From Dehalobacter restrictus DSM 9455 (GTDB lineage Bacteria; Bacillota; Desulfitobacteriia; Desulfitobacteriales; Syntrophobotulaceae), in contig NZ_CP007033.1 of assembly GCF_000512895.1 (NCBI RefSeq), positions 124,659 to 156,658 of the forward strand: a stretch of 32,000 bases of DNA. The letters run 5' to 3'. The position numbers and the translations under genes were made by a program. How positions within the stretch are numbered: position 1 is the stretch's first letter; every line of letters starts with the position of its first letter. The notes beneath the pieces are model-generated. The model saw only the letters and a program-made list of their open reading frames with translations, did not search any database and was not told where the DNA came from. Of the stretch, positions 17,655 to 25,750 are shown one piece after another.

Positions 17655-19619
17655 TTAAAAGCCGGCAGGAGCTAAGTCGTCATAGTCGGTAACATTCATT
17701 CTCTGAACGTTAAGCGCTTCGATTTTGGCTCTCTTTTCTTCAATTCTGGCCAGCATTTTTTCTGCGGCTACAGCCGGATCTGTTTCAAAGTAGAATTTTG
17801 CCCCTACCCAGTCTTCCAGTCTGTTTGTCAGGATATCCGTAACTTCCGGGCTTCCAGTTACCGGAGGAACAACGCCTAGAAAGGTATCGATTCCGGAGCT
17901 TACCACGTAGGTACCGATTGCGACAGCTTTTTCGGACATCCATTCCGGAGCTGCACCGACAACCGGCAGTTCGCTCATATCGAGTCCCAGAATCTTGGCT
18001 ACTTCACCAACCAGCTCAAGGATACGGCTGTTGTCAACACAGGAACCCATATGCAGAACAGGAGGAATATCGGCCAGTTCGCATACTTTTTGTAATCCTA
18101 CTCCGCAATACTTGACGGCATCTTTGCTTAAGAGACCAGCTTTGGCAGCAGCCTGAGCCGCACAGCCGGTAACAACAACAATTACGTCATTGGCGAGCAT
18201 CTTTTTAATAATTTCGATATGGCTGTGGTCACCTTTCACCTTCGGGTTGTTGCAGCCGACGACACCGGCTGCGCCTCTTAATACACCAGAGACCAAGCAT
18301 TGCGCCAATGGTTCAAACGTGCCTGGCTTATGCGTATAAGAATTGACAACGCGGTCCAACTGGCCAATAATAGCCTGGTTGCTGTAACCGATCATGCCGG
18401 TTGATTTATGTGTTGGGATGGAAACTTTTTCGTGCTTTCTGTTTGTATAGTTCTCTACTGCTTTCCGAATTATTCCCTTTGCGCATTCATAGGCGTTGTT
18501 CTCATCAAATTCAATATGAACGGCGTCTTTAATTTTGGCAAGTTTTGAGGTGGTGATAAATTTGGTATGGTAACATTGAGCCAGGTTGGCCAGGGAAGGG
18601 AAGATACATTGAACGTCCACAATCATGGCTTCAACGGCACCGGTAACAATCGCGAGCTCCTGCTGATTAAAATTCCCGGCAATTTTAATGCCGTGACGCA
18701 TCGCGACTTCATTGCCGGTACAGCAAATGCCGACCAGGTTGATTCCCTCTGCACCGACACCCCTGGCAAGAGCTTTTAGCTCAGGGTCATCAGCGGCAAC
18801 AACGATCATTTCCGATAAACTGGGTTCATGACCATGCAAGACAATGTTCACCATGTTTTTCTCAATAACACCCATGTTGGCTTCAATTTCTCTCGGCATC
18901 GGGGTTCCAAAGATAATATCGCTGAATTCGGTACCGATATAGGAACCGCCCCAACCGTCGGTCAAAGATGTCCGCATGGAAAGATTGATCATGCTTTCAG
19001 CATCAGCGGTACAGCCCATATGTGTAGCATGCATAATCGATACAACTTCTTTGTCAATAGCATCGGGGAGGATATCATTATCTTCCCAGACTTTTAATCT
19101 TTGTTTAGTAATACTTGGCGGAATAACCATCGAACCAAAAGGCTTGCCAAAGTCATTCAGAGCTGCTTCAGCAACGTCATGGGCAACCTGGTAGATATCT
19201 TTGCCTTCTGTAGCCACACCCCATCTGGCTGCAACATTCAGCAGTTTTTTCTCGTCACGGATTTGATAATCTCCGTCCCGACTTGCCATATGAAGTACAT
19301 GGGCAATATGTCTGCCGTGATCGGAGTGTGCAGATGAACCGCCTGCTACCATTCGGGCATAATGCCTGGAAGCAATAACATCCGCAGTGGCGCCGCAAAT
19401 ACCTTTTTGAACGCCTTTTCCTGGAATCGGGCTGACGCGGCAAGGACCCATGGTACAAATCCGGCAGCATACACCTTGCTCACCAAAACCACATTGGTTT
19501 TTGAGAGCGGCTTTTCTGTCCCAGAGTGTTTCAGAACCGTCATTTCGGGCCTTGACGTAAAGTTCTTGAGTAGCTAAATCTACTGACAGTGTTGTTTCGT
19601 CCAGTAATTTTTCGTCCAT
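17655..19619 (-). CDS. cooS: Anaerobic Ni-Fe carbon monoxide dehydrogenase catalytic subunit
   Basis: N-terminal D/B-cluster cysteines CGFGEQGVCCRICTMGPCRV and C-cluster region motifs (HGHEP, CCTGNE, GSCVDNSR). The ATG at 19619 has GGAGG 7 nt upstream. Confidence 0.95.
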   Translation of the reverse strand: MDEKLLDETTLSVDLATQELYVKARNDGSETLWDRKAALKNQCGFGEQGVCCRICTMGPCRVSPIPGKGVQKGICGATADVIASRHYARMVAGGSSAHSDHGRHIAHVLHMASRDGDYQIRDEKKLLNVAARWGVATEGKDIYQVAHDVAEAALNDFGKPFGSMVIPPSITKQRLKVWEDNDILPDAIDKEVVSIMHATHMGCTADAESMINLSMRTSLTDGWGGSYIGTEFSDIIFGTPMPREIEANMGVIEKNMVNIVLHGHEPSLSEMIVVAADDPELKALARGVGAEGINLVGICCTGNEVAMRHGIKIAGNFNQQELAIVTGAVEAMIVDVQCIFPSLANLAQCYHTKFITTSKLAKIKDAVHIEFDENNAYECAKGIIRKAVENYTNRKHEKVSIPTHKSTGMIGYSNQAIIGQLDRVVNSYTHKPGTFEPLAQCLVSGVLRGAAGVVGCNNPKVKGDHSHIEIIKKMLANDVIVVVTGCAAQAAAKAGLLSKDAVKYCGVGLQKVCELADIPPVLHMGSCVDNSRILELVGEVAKILGLDMSELPVVGAAPEWMSEKAVAIGTYVVSSGIDTFLGVVPPVTGSPEVTDILTNRLEDWVGAKFYFETDPAVAAEKMLARIEEKRAKIEALNVQRMNVTDYDDLAPAGF

Positions 19620-19931
19620 TGCGTTTCCTCCTTCAATAACCATACGTTGTCTTTAAATCGTTTAGCTGCTACAGATGGCTAATACTTAAAGTAAAAAGTG
19701 TCGTGTACTGAGGTTTTAACTCAAATCGGGCCATTTATGAGTAAATTCACAAACTTTTTTAAAGGATCAAAGCTTTATCTCTGGCAGTAAAAATGGTATA
19801 AAAATGACATTATATATTTAAGATTATTATAGTACGAAATTTTTTGGGAATATATTGATCCGTTGTTAATGAACGAAATGGGGGGCTGAATAGCAATAAT
19901 TCAATTCTTAACAGCATAATTTATATATACT

Positions 19932-19941
19932 TGTATATAAA
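19932..19941. promoter_or_regulatory. Near-copy (9/10) of the TGTATATACA palindrome
   Basis: TGTATATAAA within CTTGTATATAAAT. Its centre lies 50 bp from the centre of the perfect copy at 19982..19991. Confidence 0.4.
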
Positions 19942-19961
19942 TAAAAATTAAAAAAGTTATC

Positions 19962-19993
19962 TGTATAGGCCTGTATATTTTTGTATATACAAG
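19962..19993. promoter_or_regulatory. Candidate operator array: TGTATA half-sites at 19962 and 19972, plus the perfect palindrome TTGTATATACAA (19981..19992)
   Basis: The sequence cTGTATAggccTGTATAttttTGTATATACAAGg was read directly. The hexamers repeat at exactly 10 bp. The same 13-mer TTGTATATACARG recurs at 22050 and 28365. Confidence 0.6.
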
Positions 19994-19994
19994 G

Positions 19995-20023
19995 ATAATT
20001 GCACTAAAAGAATTTTTTCACAA
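19995..20023 (-). promoter_or_regulatory. Possible sigma-A promoter of the cooS-acs operon
   Basis: The minus strand reads TTGTGA (20023..20018), a 17-nt spacer, then TGc-AATTAT (extended -10; hexamer 20000..19995). The palindrome starts 2 nt downstream of the -10 hexamer and so would cover the TSS. The hexamers are weak. Confidence 0.3.
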
Positions 20024-20164
20024 GATCTTACTTATCGATCTCACTTAGTAACTTAGCACGTATGGTTAGGATCTCGGGATGTTATGATATTCTGAGGAGA
20101 TCTAGACGACAGGATAGTGTATGCCAGTTTTCCGATGATGGCAGAAAGCTCGTTTTTCAACATT

Positions 20165-21130
20165 TTACAGCAAATCACTACTGTCTTCATCATAATTCCT
20201 CAACTCAATCGATTTTTTTGCTTGGAATATATAATCTAATTCTTTATTGTTGAGATTTAAAGCGCCGATTCCGTTTGCAGTGGCCAGCTCCAAAACGGCG
20301 TGTTTACTTATTCCTGTCATAACCATGTGATCGACTTCATCATAAAAACCTTTTCCATGGGATACCCCGTATGAACCCGCATCGCTGCCAACGGCGATTT
20401 TTACGCCCAATTCAAAGGCTTTTTTGACTTGAGCTTTCTGAGCATCATAAATCCGGGCAATATTCGGCAATTGGTCTGTAAAGCGGCTGTCTTTTGAAGT
20501 AATCAGGTTTCCCAAAGGTGCTAACGTAGGAATCCAGATGGTATCGTGTTCCAGCATCAGCTGCAATTCATTTTCTGTCAGAAAATAACCATGCTCAACT
20601 GTATTTGCACCGGCTTTCACAGCGATACCAACTGCTTCTGCCGAATTAGTGTGGACCATTACGGGAAGGTCTTGATCCTTTGCCGTCTGTATCATGTAGT
20701 ACATTTCATCATAACTGAAATGTGAGCCGTCAACTTTCCCGAATTGATTAAAATCTACAAGTCCGGTCAGTAGTATCTTAAGATGATCAGGATTTGACGC
20801 AAGCAGCTTTTTAAAAACATTTTTGAAATCAGCCATATCGGCGACCGGCTTGCCTAAGAAACTGCCGTAGCATCCTTGTTTGTAGATCGCAAAACCAGGG
20901 GTCCGGAGAATCATTCCTTCTTCAAGGGCCAGTTCTCTGGCCAGAAGAGATACATTTAAGTTATCTCCTCCGTCGCGCAGTGCACAAATCCCCATTTTTT
21001 TATATTTTCTAAGGAAATTGGTAATTATAGTTGGATTGGGGTTATCTTTGTGCTGCAGACGTGCCTCTTGAAAAGCTATTCCATCTAAAGCCAAATGAAC
21101 ATGGGCGTCAACCAATATGTTTTTAATCAT
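20165..21130 (-). CDS. Amidohydrolase-superfamily metal-dependent hydrolase (short, about 321 aa); substrate unknown
   Basis: HxH motif (VDAHVHL), later His residues (VMVHTNS, TVEHGY) and the Asp motif (AVGSDAG) match the amidohydrolase TIM-barrel metal-ligand pattern. The ATG at 21130 has AGGTG 5 nt upstream. Confidence 0.7.
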   Translation of the reverse strand: MIKNILVDAHVHLALDGIAFQEARLQHKDNPNPTIITNFLRKYKKMGICALRDGGDNLNVSLLARELALEEGMILRTPGFAIYKQGCYGSFLGKPVADMADFKNVFKKLLASNPDHLKILLTGLVDFNQFGKVDGSHFSYDEMYYMIQTAKDQDLPVMVHTNSAEAVGIAVKAGANTVEHGYFLTENELQLMLEHDTIWIPTLAPLGNLITSKDSRFTDQLPNIARIYDAQKAQVKKAFELGVKIAVGSDAGSYGVSHGKGFYDEVDHMVMTGISKHAVLELATANGIGALNLNNKELDYIFQAKKSIELRNYDEDSSDLL

Positions 21131-21160
21131 TTTATTCACCTGGCTTTAAAAGGTTTTGCA

Positions 21161-21193
21161 GACCACCAGAAGGGGACCGCCTTTCTAGTGGTC
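21161..21193 (-). other. Stable intercistronic hairpin between the methyltransferase and amidohydrolase genes
   Basis: GACCACCAGAAGG / CCTTTCTAGTGGTC forms about 12 bp with one mismatch and a 6-nt loop. There is no U-tract on the transcribed (minus) strand. Confidence 0.4.
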
Positions 21194-21220
21194 ACAACAT
21201 TTCATTTTTCTCGTCGATCT

Positions 21221-22024
21221 TTATTTCACAGGACCAATTTTACCTTGTCTGAAAGCGGTGCTGAACTTTCTGCAGTTCTTGTCTTTACCCATTAATGCTT
21301 CAGTTGCAAGCAGGGTTGCAATCATATCTCTGCTGCAGGGATCCATAATCGCGGAATCCATACCAAAGAAAGTAGCCAGGGCCAGGAAGTTCTGGTTGAC
21401 AACTTTTCTTAAAGGCATTCCAAAAGAGATGTTGCTCAAACCGGAAGTGATTTTGATTGTCGGGTACATTTCTTTGATTCTTGTCATGCTTTCATTAAAG
21501 GAGTACATAGAATTGTTATCAGTAGACAAAGCAATGACCAAGGGGTCGACATGCATCCTGTCAGGAGTAATATCATATTTAGCAGCTTCCTCAACCATTT
21601 GCTTAGCAATTCTGACTCTGGTGTCAACGTCTTTGGGAATTCCGTCATTGTCGCAAGTCAGCGCAATGACTTCCCAGGTCGTTCCCTTGATAAGCGGGAA
21701 AATGACATCGCATTTGTCGCCTTCCATGGAAACGGAATTGATAAGCCCCGGTCTCTTGGCATATTTAAAAACAGCTTCAATTGCACGCGGATTCGGGCTG
21801 TCAATACAGAGCGGAGTGTCAACGGCATCCTGAACAATATCCATTAACCATTTCAGTGTTTCCACTTCAACATCAGGTGATGTACTGGCACTGACATCTA
21901 GGTAGTGGGCGCCGTCATTGGTCTGGTCAATCGCACGCTGGCGGATAAAGTTAGCATCTCTCTCTTCAATCGCTTTTTTCACGATAGGGATTGTACCATT
22001 GATTTTTTCACCAATAATAATCAT
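21221..22024 (-). CDS. Second pterin-binding methyl-H4folate:corrinoid methyltransferase (MtrH/MtgA/AcsE-like, MT2-type)
   Basis: MIIIGEKINGT..., HYLDVSA, CIDSP and GLSNISFG match the DHPS-like pterin-binding barrel. It is a paralogue of the acsE at 12784..13569. Confidence 0.85.
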   Translation of the reverse strand: MIIIGEKINGTIPIVKKAIEERDANFIRQRAIDQTNDGAHYLDVSASTSPDVEVETLKWLMDIVQDAVDTPLCIDSPNPRAIEAVFKYAKRPGLINSVSMEGDKCDVIFPLIKGTTWEVIALTCDNDGIPKDVDTRVRIAKQMVEEAAKYDITPDRMHVDPLVIALSTDNNSMYSFNESMTRIKEMYPTIKITSGLSNISFGMPLRKVVNQNFLALATFFGMDSAIMDPCSRDMIATLLATEALMGKDKNCRKFSTAFRQGKIGPVK

Positions 22025-22049
22025 TTATCAAATTCACTCCTTTATGAAA

Positions 22050-22062
22050 TTTGTATATACAG
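22050..22062. promoter_or_regulatory. Candidate operator TTGTATATACAGG (perfect core palindrome TGTATATACA 22051..22060)
   Basis: Read directly. It lies between the predicted promoter (22074..22102) and the RBS (AGGAGTG, 22034..22040) of the methyltransferase gene. Confidence 0.6.
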
Positions 22063-22073
22063 GTATGCGCTTA

Positions 22074-22102
22074 GAGTTTAACATTGTTTCTACATACGGT
22101 CA
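22074..22102 (-). promoter_or_regulatory. Putative sigma-A promoter of the methyltransferase-amidohydrolase unit
   Basis: The minus strand reads TTGACC (22102..22097), a 17-nt spacer ending in TGt (extended -10), then TAAACT (22079..22074). Confidence 0.4.
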
Positions 22103-22216
22103 ATATCTTTTTCGACAAAGTATACCTATATTCTAAAAAGATTTAGATTTAAAAAATAAAAGTATCCTACATATTCTATCTTTCATAGACTATTTAAATT
22201 GCTGGGTCAACAAGGT

Positions 22217-23068
22217 TTACCAGTGTTTTTTTCTGGCTGCCCGCAGACAGTTTTTCATCAAAATCGCGGTGGTAATCGAACCTACGCCGCCCGGTACAGG
22301 GGTGATCGCACTGACTTTGTTCACGACTGCATCATAATCGACATCCCCGCACATCTTGCCGTCACCGGCATCGTTGATGCCAACGTCGATGACGACAGTG
22401 TTTTCGGATACGTATTTGTCATCGATCATTTTGGCTCTGCCCATTGCAGCAATGATGATGTCCGCTTTCTTCGCAATTCCAGCCATGTCTTTGGTCTTGG
22501 AATGGCACATCGTTACGGTCGCATTCTCTTTTAAGAGCATCATGGCCAGTGGTTTTCCTACAACGAGGCTTCTTCCCATGACCACTACATTCGCGCCGCT
22601 AAGATTGTAGCCGTAATGGCTCAAGGTTTCCATACATGCTGCGGGCGTGCAGGGCAGGAGTCCGCTCATATCGCCTTCAAATACCTTGGCCAGGTTCAGT
22701 GGATTCATGCAGTCAATGTCTTTATCTGCCGAGATCAGGTGCTTGATGACTTCTTCGTCCAGCTGTTTCGGTAGTGGACGGAACAGCATGATGCCATGAA
22801 CGGTACTGTCATTGTTGACCCCCGTCATGACTTTTGTGAATTCTTCCATGCTGATATTTAAGTCCAAAGGATAGGTCTTGGTTGCAATGCCAAGATTATC
22901 GCAGTTTTTAATAATACTGTTTTCATAGTAAACGTCGTCCGGACGGCTGCCGACGCGAATGATGCCTAAGGTCGGGTTGATGCCTTCAGCTTTTAAAGCC
23001 GCAACTTCCTGCTGGAGGTTTTCTTTCATGGCCTGGACAACGGGTTTAGCGTTAAGAATCTGAGTCAT
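22217..23068 (-). CDS. folD: Bifunctional methylene-H4folate dehydrogenase / methenyl-H4folate cyclohydrolase
   Basis: 283 aa. Contains PTLGIIRVGSRPDDVYY, LLPCTPAAC, VVVMGRSLVVGKPLAMML and ITPVPGGVGSITTA, which are canonical FolD motifs. Confidence 0.95.
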   Translation of the reverse strand: MTQILNAKPVVQAMKENLQQEVAALKAEGINPTLGIIRVGSRPDDVYYENSIIKNCDNLGIATKTYPLDLNISMEEFTKVMTGVNNDSTVHGIMLFRPLPKQLDEEVIKHLISADKDIDCMNPLNLAKVFEGDMSGLLPCTPAACMETLSHYGYNLSGANVVVMGRSLVVGKPLAMMLLKENATVTMCHSKTKDMAGIAKKADIIIAAMGRAKMIDDKYVSENTVVIDVGINDAGDGKMCGDVDYDAVVNKVSAITPVPGGVGSITTAILMKNCLRAARKKHW

Positions 23069-23073
23069 GCTGC

Positions 23074-23706
23074 TTATTTACCTCCCGTAATTGCATTCTG
23101 AACTTCCGCAAAGATGCGGTCGGCTTTGGCGGTATATGTGGTGACAAGTTCGCTCAGTTCGGTCTCGATTTTTTGTTTTAGAACCTGATCTTTCATGATT
23201 TGGGTGTTGATTAAGACATTCAGCTTGGCGCCTTCGAGCGCAGCTTTCAGGAAGGTTACGCCGACACCAACGTCGCTGATCGCAATACGGGTGCCTTTCT
23301 GAGCAAATTCTTCCTGAAGATTGATGCCGTCAGTGCAGCATCTAACAATATCAAGCGGTACAAGTGTTGCTTTAACCAAAGCAGCCTGCAGGGTTTCTTC
23401 TTTGATCCGGATTTCTTCTTCAGTATTTTTGGGCAGTCCGTAAGCCTGGGAAAGCGGATAGAAAGCATCAGCATCTTCCTTGACCAGAACCTGCAGTTTT
23501 TCAATGATCTTCTGGCCTTTTTCCATCAGGACGAGTACATCGGCTTCAACATCAGCATATTTCTTCTTGCCGACAGTTAAACTTCCTACCATGACACCCA
23601 GCGCCATGCCGATGGAGCCAACATATGCAGAAGCACCGCCGCCGCCAGGAACCGGCTCTTTGGAAGACAGAGCATCTACAAATTCGATACAGCTCTTTTT
23701 CAACAT
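23074..23706 (-). CDS. fchA: Cyclodeaminase/cyclohydrolase family protein (FchA-type methenyl-H4folate cyclohydrolase / formimino-H4folate cyclodeaminase)
   Basis: The PVPGGGGASAYVGSIGMALGVMV motif and all-helical composition fit the family. The ATG at 23706 is 9 nt from AGGAG. Lies between fhs and folD, as in acetogen clusters. Confidence 0.85.
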   Translation of the reverse strand: MLKKSCIEFVDALSSKEPVPGGGGASAYVGSIGMALGVMVGSLTVGKKKYADVEADVLVLMEKGQKIIEKLQVLVKEDADAFYPLSQAYGLPKNTEEEIRIKEETLQAALVKATLVPLDIVRCCTDGINLQEEFAQKGTRIAISDVGVGVTFLKAALEGAKLNVLINTQIMKDQVLKQKIETELSELVTTYTAKADRIFAEVQNAITGGK

Positions 23707-23914
23707 AATATCCATCTCCTGTTCTTCATTTTTTTCTAAATTTTTAGCTACTGATTATTGCATGAGCAACCAATATATAGCGATCCCATAGTTATGTTAT
23801 CTTAAGACAAGTATTCTACAAAATACTCAAAGCTTAAATTCTGGCATCTTGCTCTAGAAACTAGTCTGTGTAATACATAGACAACGTCAGTGAATAAAGA
23901 TTAAGAGCATTTAT

Positions 23915-23951
23915 AGAATGAGATGGTAGTACAAAGCTGCCATCTCATTCT
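23915..23951 (-). terminator. Perfect 12-bp hairpin downstream of fhs (probable terminator or RNA-stabilising stem)
   Basis: AGAATGAGATGG-13 nt-CCATCTCATTCT, 27 nt after the fhs stop. No clear U-tract follows it on the minus strand. Confidence 0.45.
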
Positions 23952-23977
23952 TATTGGAAACAATATCAAACTTTATC

Positions 23978-25654
23978 TTAGAATAAGCCGGAAATCTTAC
24001 CGGTGCTGTCTACGTCAATGTTTTCAGCGGACGGTACTTTCGGCAGGCCGGGCATGGTCATGATGTCCCCGGTAAGTGCAACGGCAAAGCCCGCACCAGC
24101 AGAAATCTTCACGCCACGGATCGAGATTCTGAAGCCTGATGGACGTCCCAGTTTCTTCTGGTCATCAGACAAGGAATACTGGGTCTTCGCCATACAGACC
24201 GGAACATCACGATAGCCGATCTTTTCGATGTTCTCGATATCTGCGGAGCTGCTGCCAATGAAGTCAACACCGTCTGCACCATAGATCTTGGTGGCAATTG
24301 CGGTAATCTTGTCTTTGAGGCCCATGTTGATGTCATAAGCAAAGTTAAAGCTTTTCGGGCTGTCAATGATGCGAAGGACTTCTTCAGCCAGTTTCGCGCC
24401 GCCAGGGCCGCCTTTTTCCCAAACTTCGGAAAGGGCTACATTAACGCCCAGTTTCTTGCACTCGTCTTCAATCATTGCCAGTTCAGCTTCGCTGTCGGTC
24501 GGGAATTTATTGATCGCAACAACGGCAGGCAGACCAAAGTTGACGGTGACGTTTTCAACGTGTTTTAAGAGGTTCGGCAAGCCTTTTTTGAGGGCCTCCA
24601 GGTTTTCTTTGTTGAGATCAGCTTTAGCTACGCCGCCATGGGATTTGAGCGCACGAACGGTTGCAACGATAACAACGGCTTCCGGACGCAGGCCACTTAA
24701 ACGACATTTGATATCAATAAATTTCTCAGCGCCGAGGTCAGCACCGAATCCAGCTTCAGTTACAACATAGTCGCCAAGTTTTAAAGCCATCTTGGTCGCC
24801 ATAACACTATTGCAGCCGTGAGCAATGTTCGCGAACGGTCCGCCGTGGATGAAAGCTGGTGTATGTTCAAGAGTTTGTACAAGGTTCGGTTTTAAAGCAT
24901 CTTTCATCAGGGCACCAACAGCACCTTGACATTTCAGTTGACCGGCAGTTATGGGTTCACCGCTTCTGTTGTAGGCGACAATGATTCTCTCAACTCTCGC
25001 TTTGAAGTCGTCAATATCGCTGGACAGGCACATGATCGCCATGATTTCAGAAGCAACCGTGATGTCAAAGCCGTCTTCTCTCGGAGTACCATTGGCTTTG
25101 CCACCAAGTCCGTTGACAATGGAGCGGAGCTGACGGTCATTCATGTCCATGCATCTTTTCCAAGTAATTCTGCGAACATCGATATCCAGCGCGTTGCCTT
25201 GTTGGATATGGTTGTCGAGCATCGCTGCAATCAGGTTGTTAGCAGCACCAATGGCATGAAAATCACCTGTGAAGTGAAGGTTGATATCTTCCATTGGTAC
25301 GACCTGAGCATAACCGCCGCCAGCGGCGCCACCTTTGACACCAAATACAGGGCCTAAGGATGGTTCGCGTAGTGCAATAACAGTTTTTTTGCCGAGATAA
25401 TGGAGAGCATCTCCTAACCCGACAGATGTCGTAGTTTTACCTTCTCCGGCAGGAGTCGGGTTGATGGCAGTAACCAGAATCAGTTTGCCATTCGGTGTGT
25501 CCGCTTTTTGATTCAATAAGTTGTAGTCGACTTTGGCTTTGTATTTGCCATAGGATTCCAGATAATCCTCGGGGATTCCGAGTTCTTTTGCTACATCTAA
25601 TACAGGCAGCATGGTTGATTCCTGGGCAATTTCAATATCACTTTTGAAAGCCAT
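23978..25654 (-). CDS. fhs: Formate--tetrahydrofolate ligase (formyl-H4folate synthetase)
   Basis: 558 aa. Contains [24 protein letters not shown] and the [23 protein letters not shown] signature. Confidence 0.97.
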   Translation of the reverse strand: MAFKSDIEIAQESTMLPVLDVAKELGIPEDYLESYGKYKAKVDYNLLNQKADTPNGKLILVTAINPTPAGEGKTTTSVGLGDALHYLGKKTVIALREPSLGPVFGVKGGAAGGGYAQVVPMEDINLHFTGDFHAIGAANNLIAAMLDNHIQQGNALDIDVRRITWKRCMDMNDRQLRSIVNGLGGKANGTPREDGFDITVASEIMAIMCLSSDIDDFKARVERIIVAYNRSGEPITAGQLKCQGAVGALMKDALKPNLVQTLEHTPAFIHGGPFANIAHGCNSVMATKMALKLGDYVVTEAGFGADLGAEKFIDIKCRLSGLRPEAVVIVATVRALKSHGGVAKADLNKENLEALKKGLPNLLKHVENVTVNFGLPAVVAINKFPTDSEAELAMIEDECKKLGVNVALSEVWEKGGPGGAKLAEEVLRIIDSPKSFNFAYDINMGLKDKITAIATKIYGADGVDFIGSSSADIENIEKIGYRDVPVCMAKTQYSLSDDQKKLGRPSGFRISIRGVKISAGAGFAVALTGDIMTMPGLPKVPSAENIDVDSTGKISGLF

Positions 25655-25750
25655 TAATTGTTTTCCCCCTTTTTTTAATTATGGACATCTTTGCTTAACT
25701 TTATTTAGATTTTACGTAAGCACTATCAAATTTTTTCTGGACAAGATGGT

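Noticed and set aside
19982-19991. Reading TGTATATACA simply as a promoter -10 / extended -10 element (TGn-TATAxx)
   Set aside because: At two of the three sites, separate and better-spaced -35/-10 pairs lie upstream of the motif (22074..22102 and 28393..28421). The perfect dyad symmetry, the conserved flanks and the 10-bp phased half-sites fit a protein operator better. This reading remains the main alternative until TSSs are mapped.
22110-22116. Additional TGTCGAA Spo0A-like boxes near promoters at 22110..22116 and 28471..28477
   Set aside because: The same 7-mer also occurs inside coding regions (about 1629, 2697 and 7216). The total count is close to chance expectation, and nothing independent links sporulation control to these genes.
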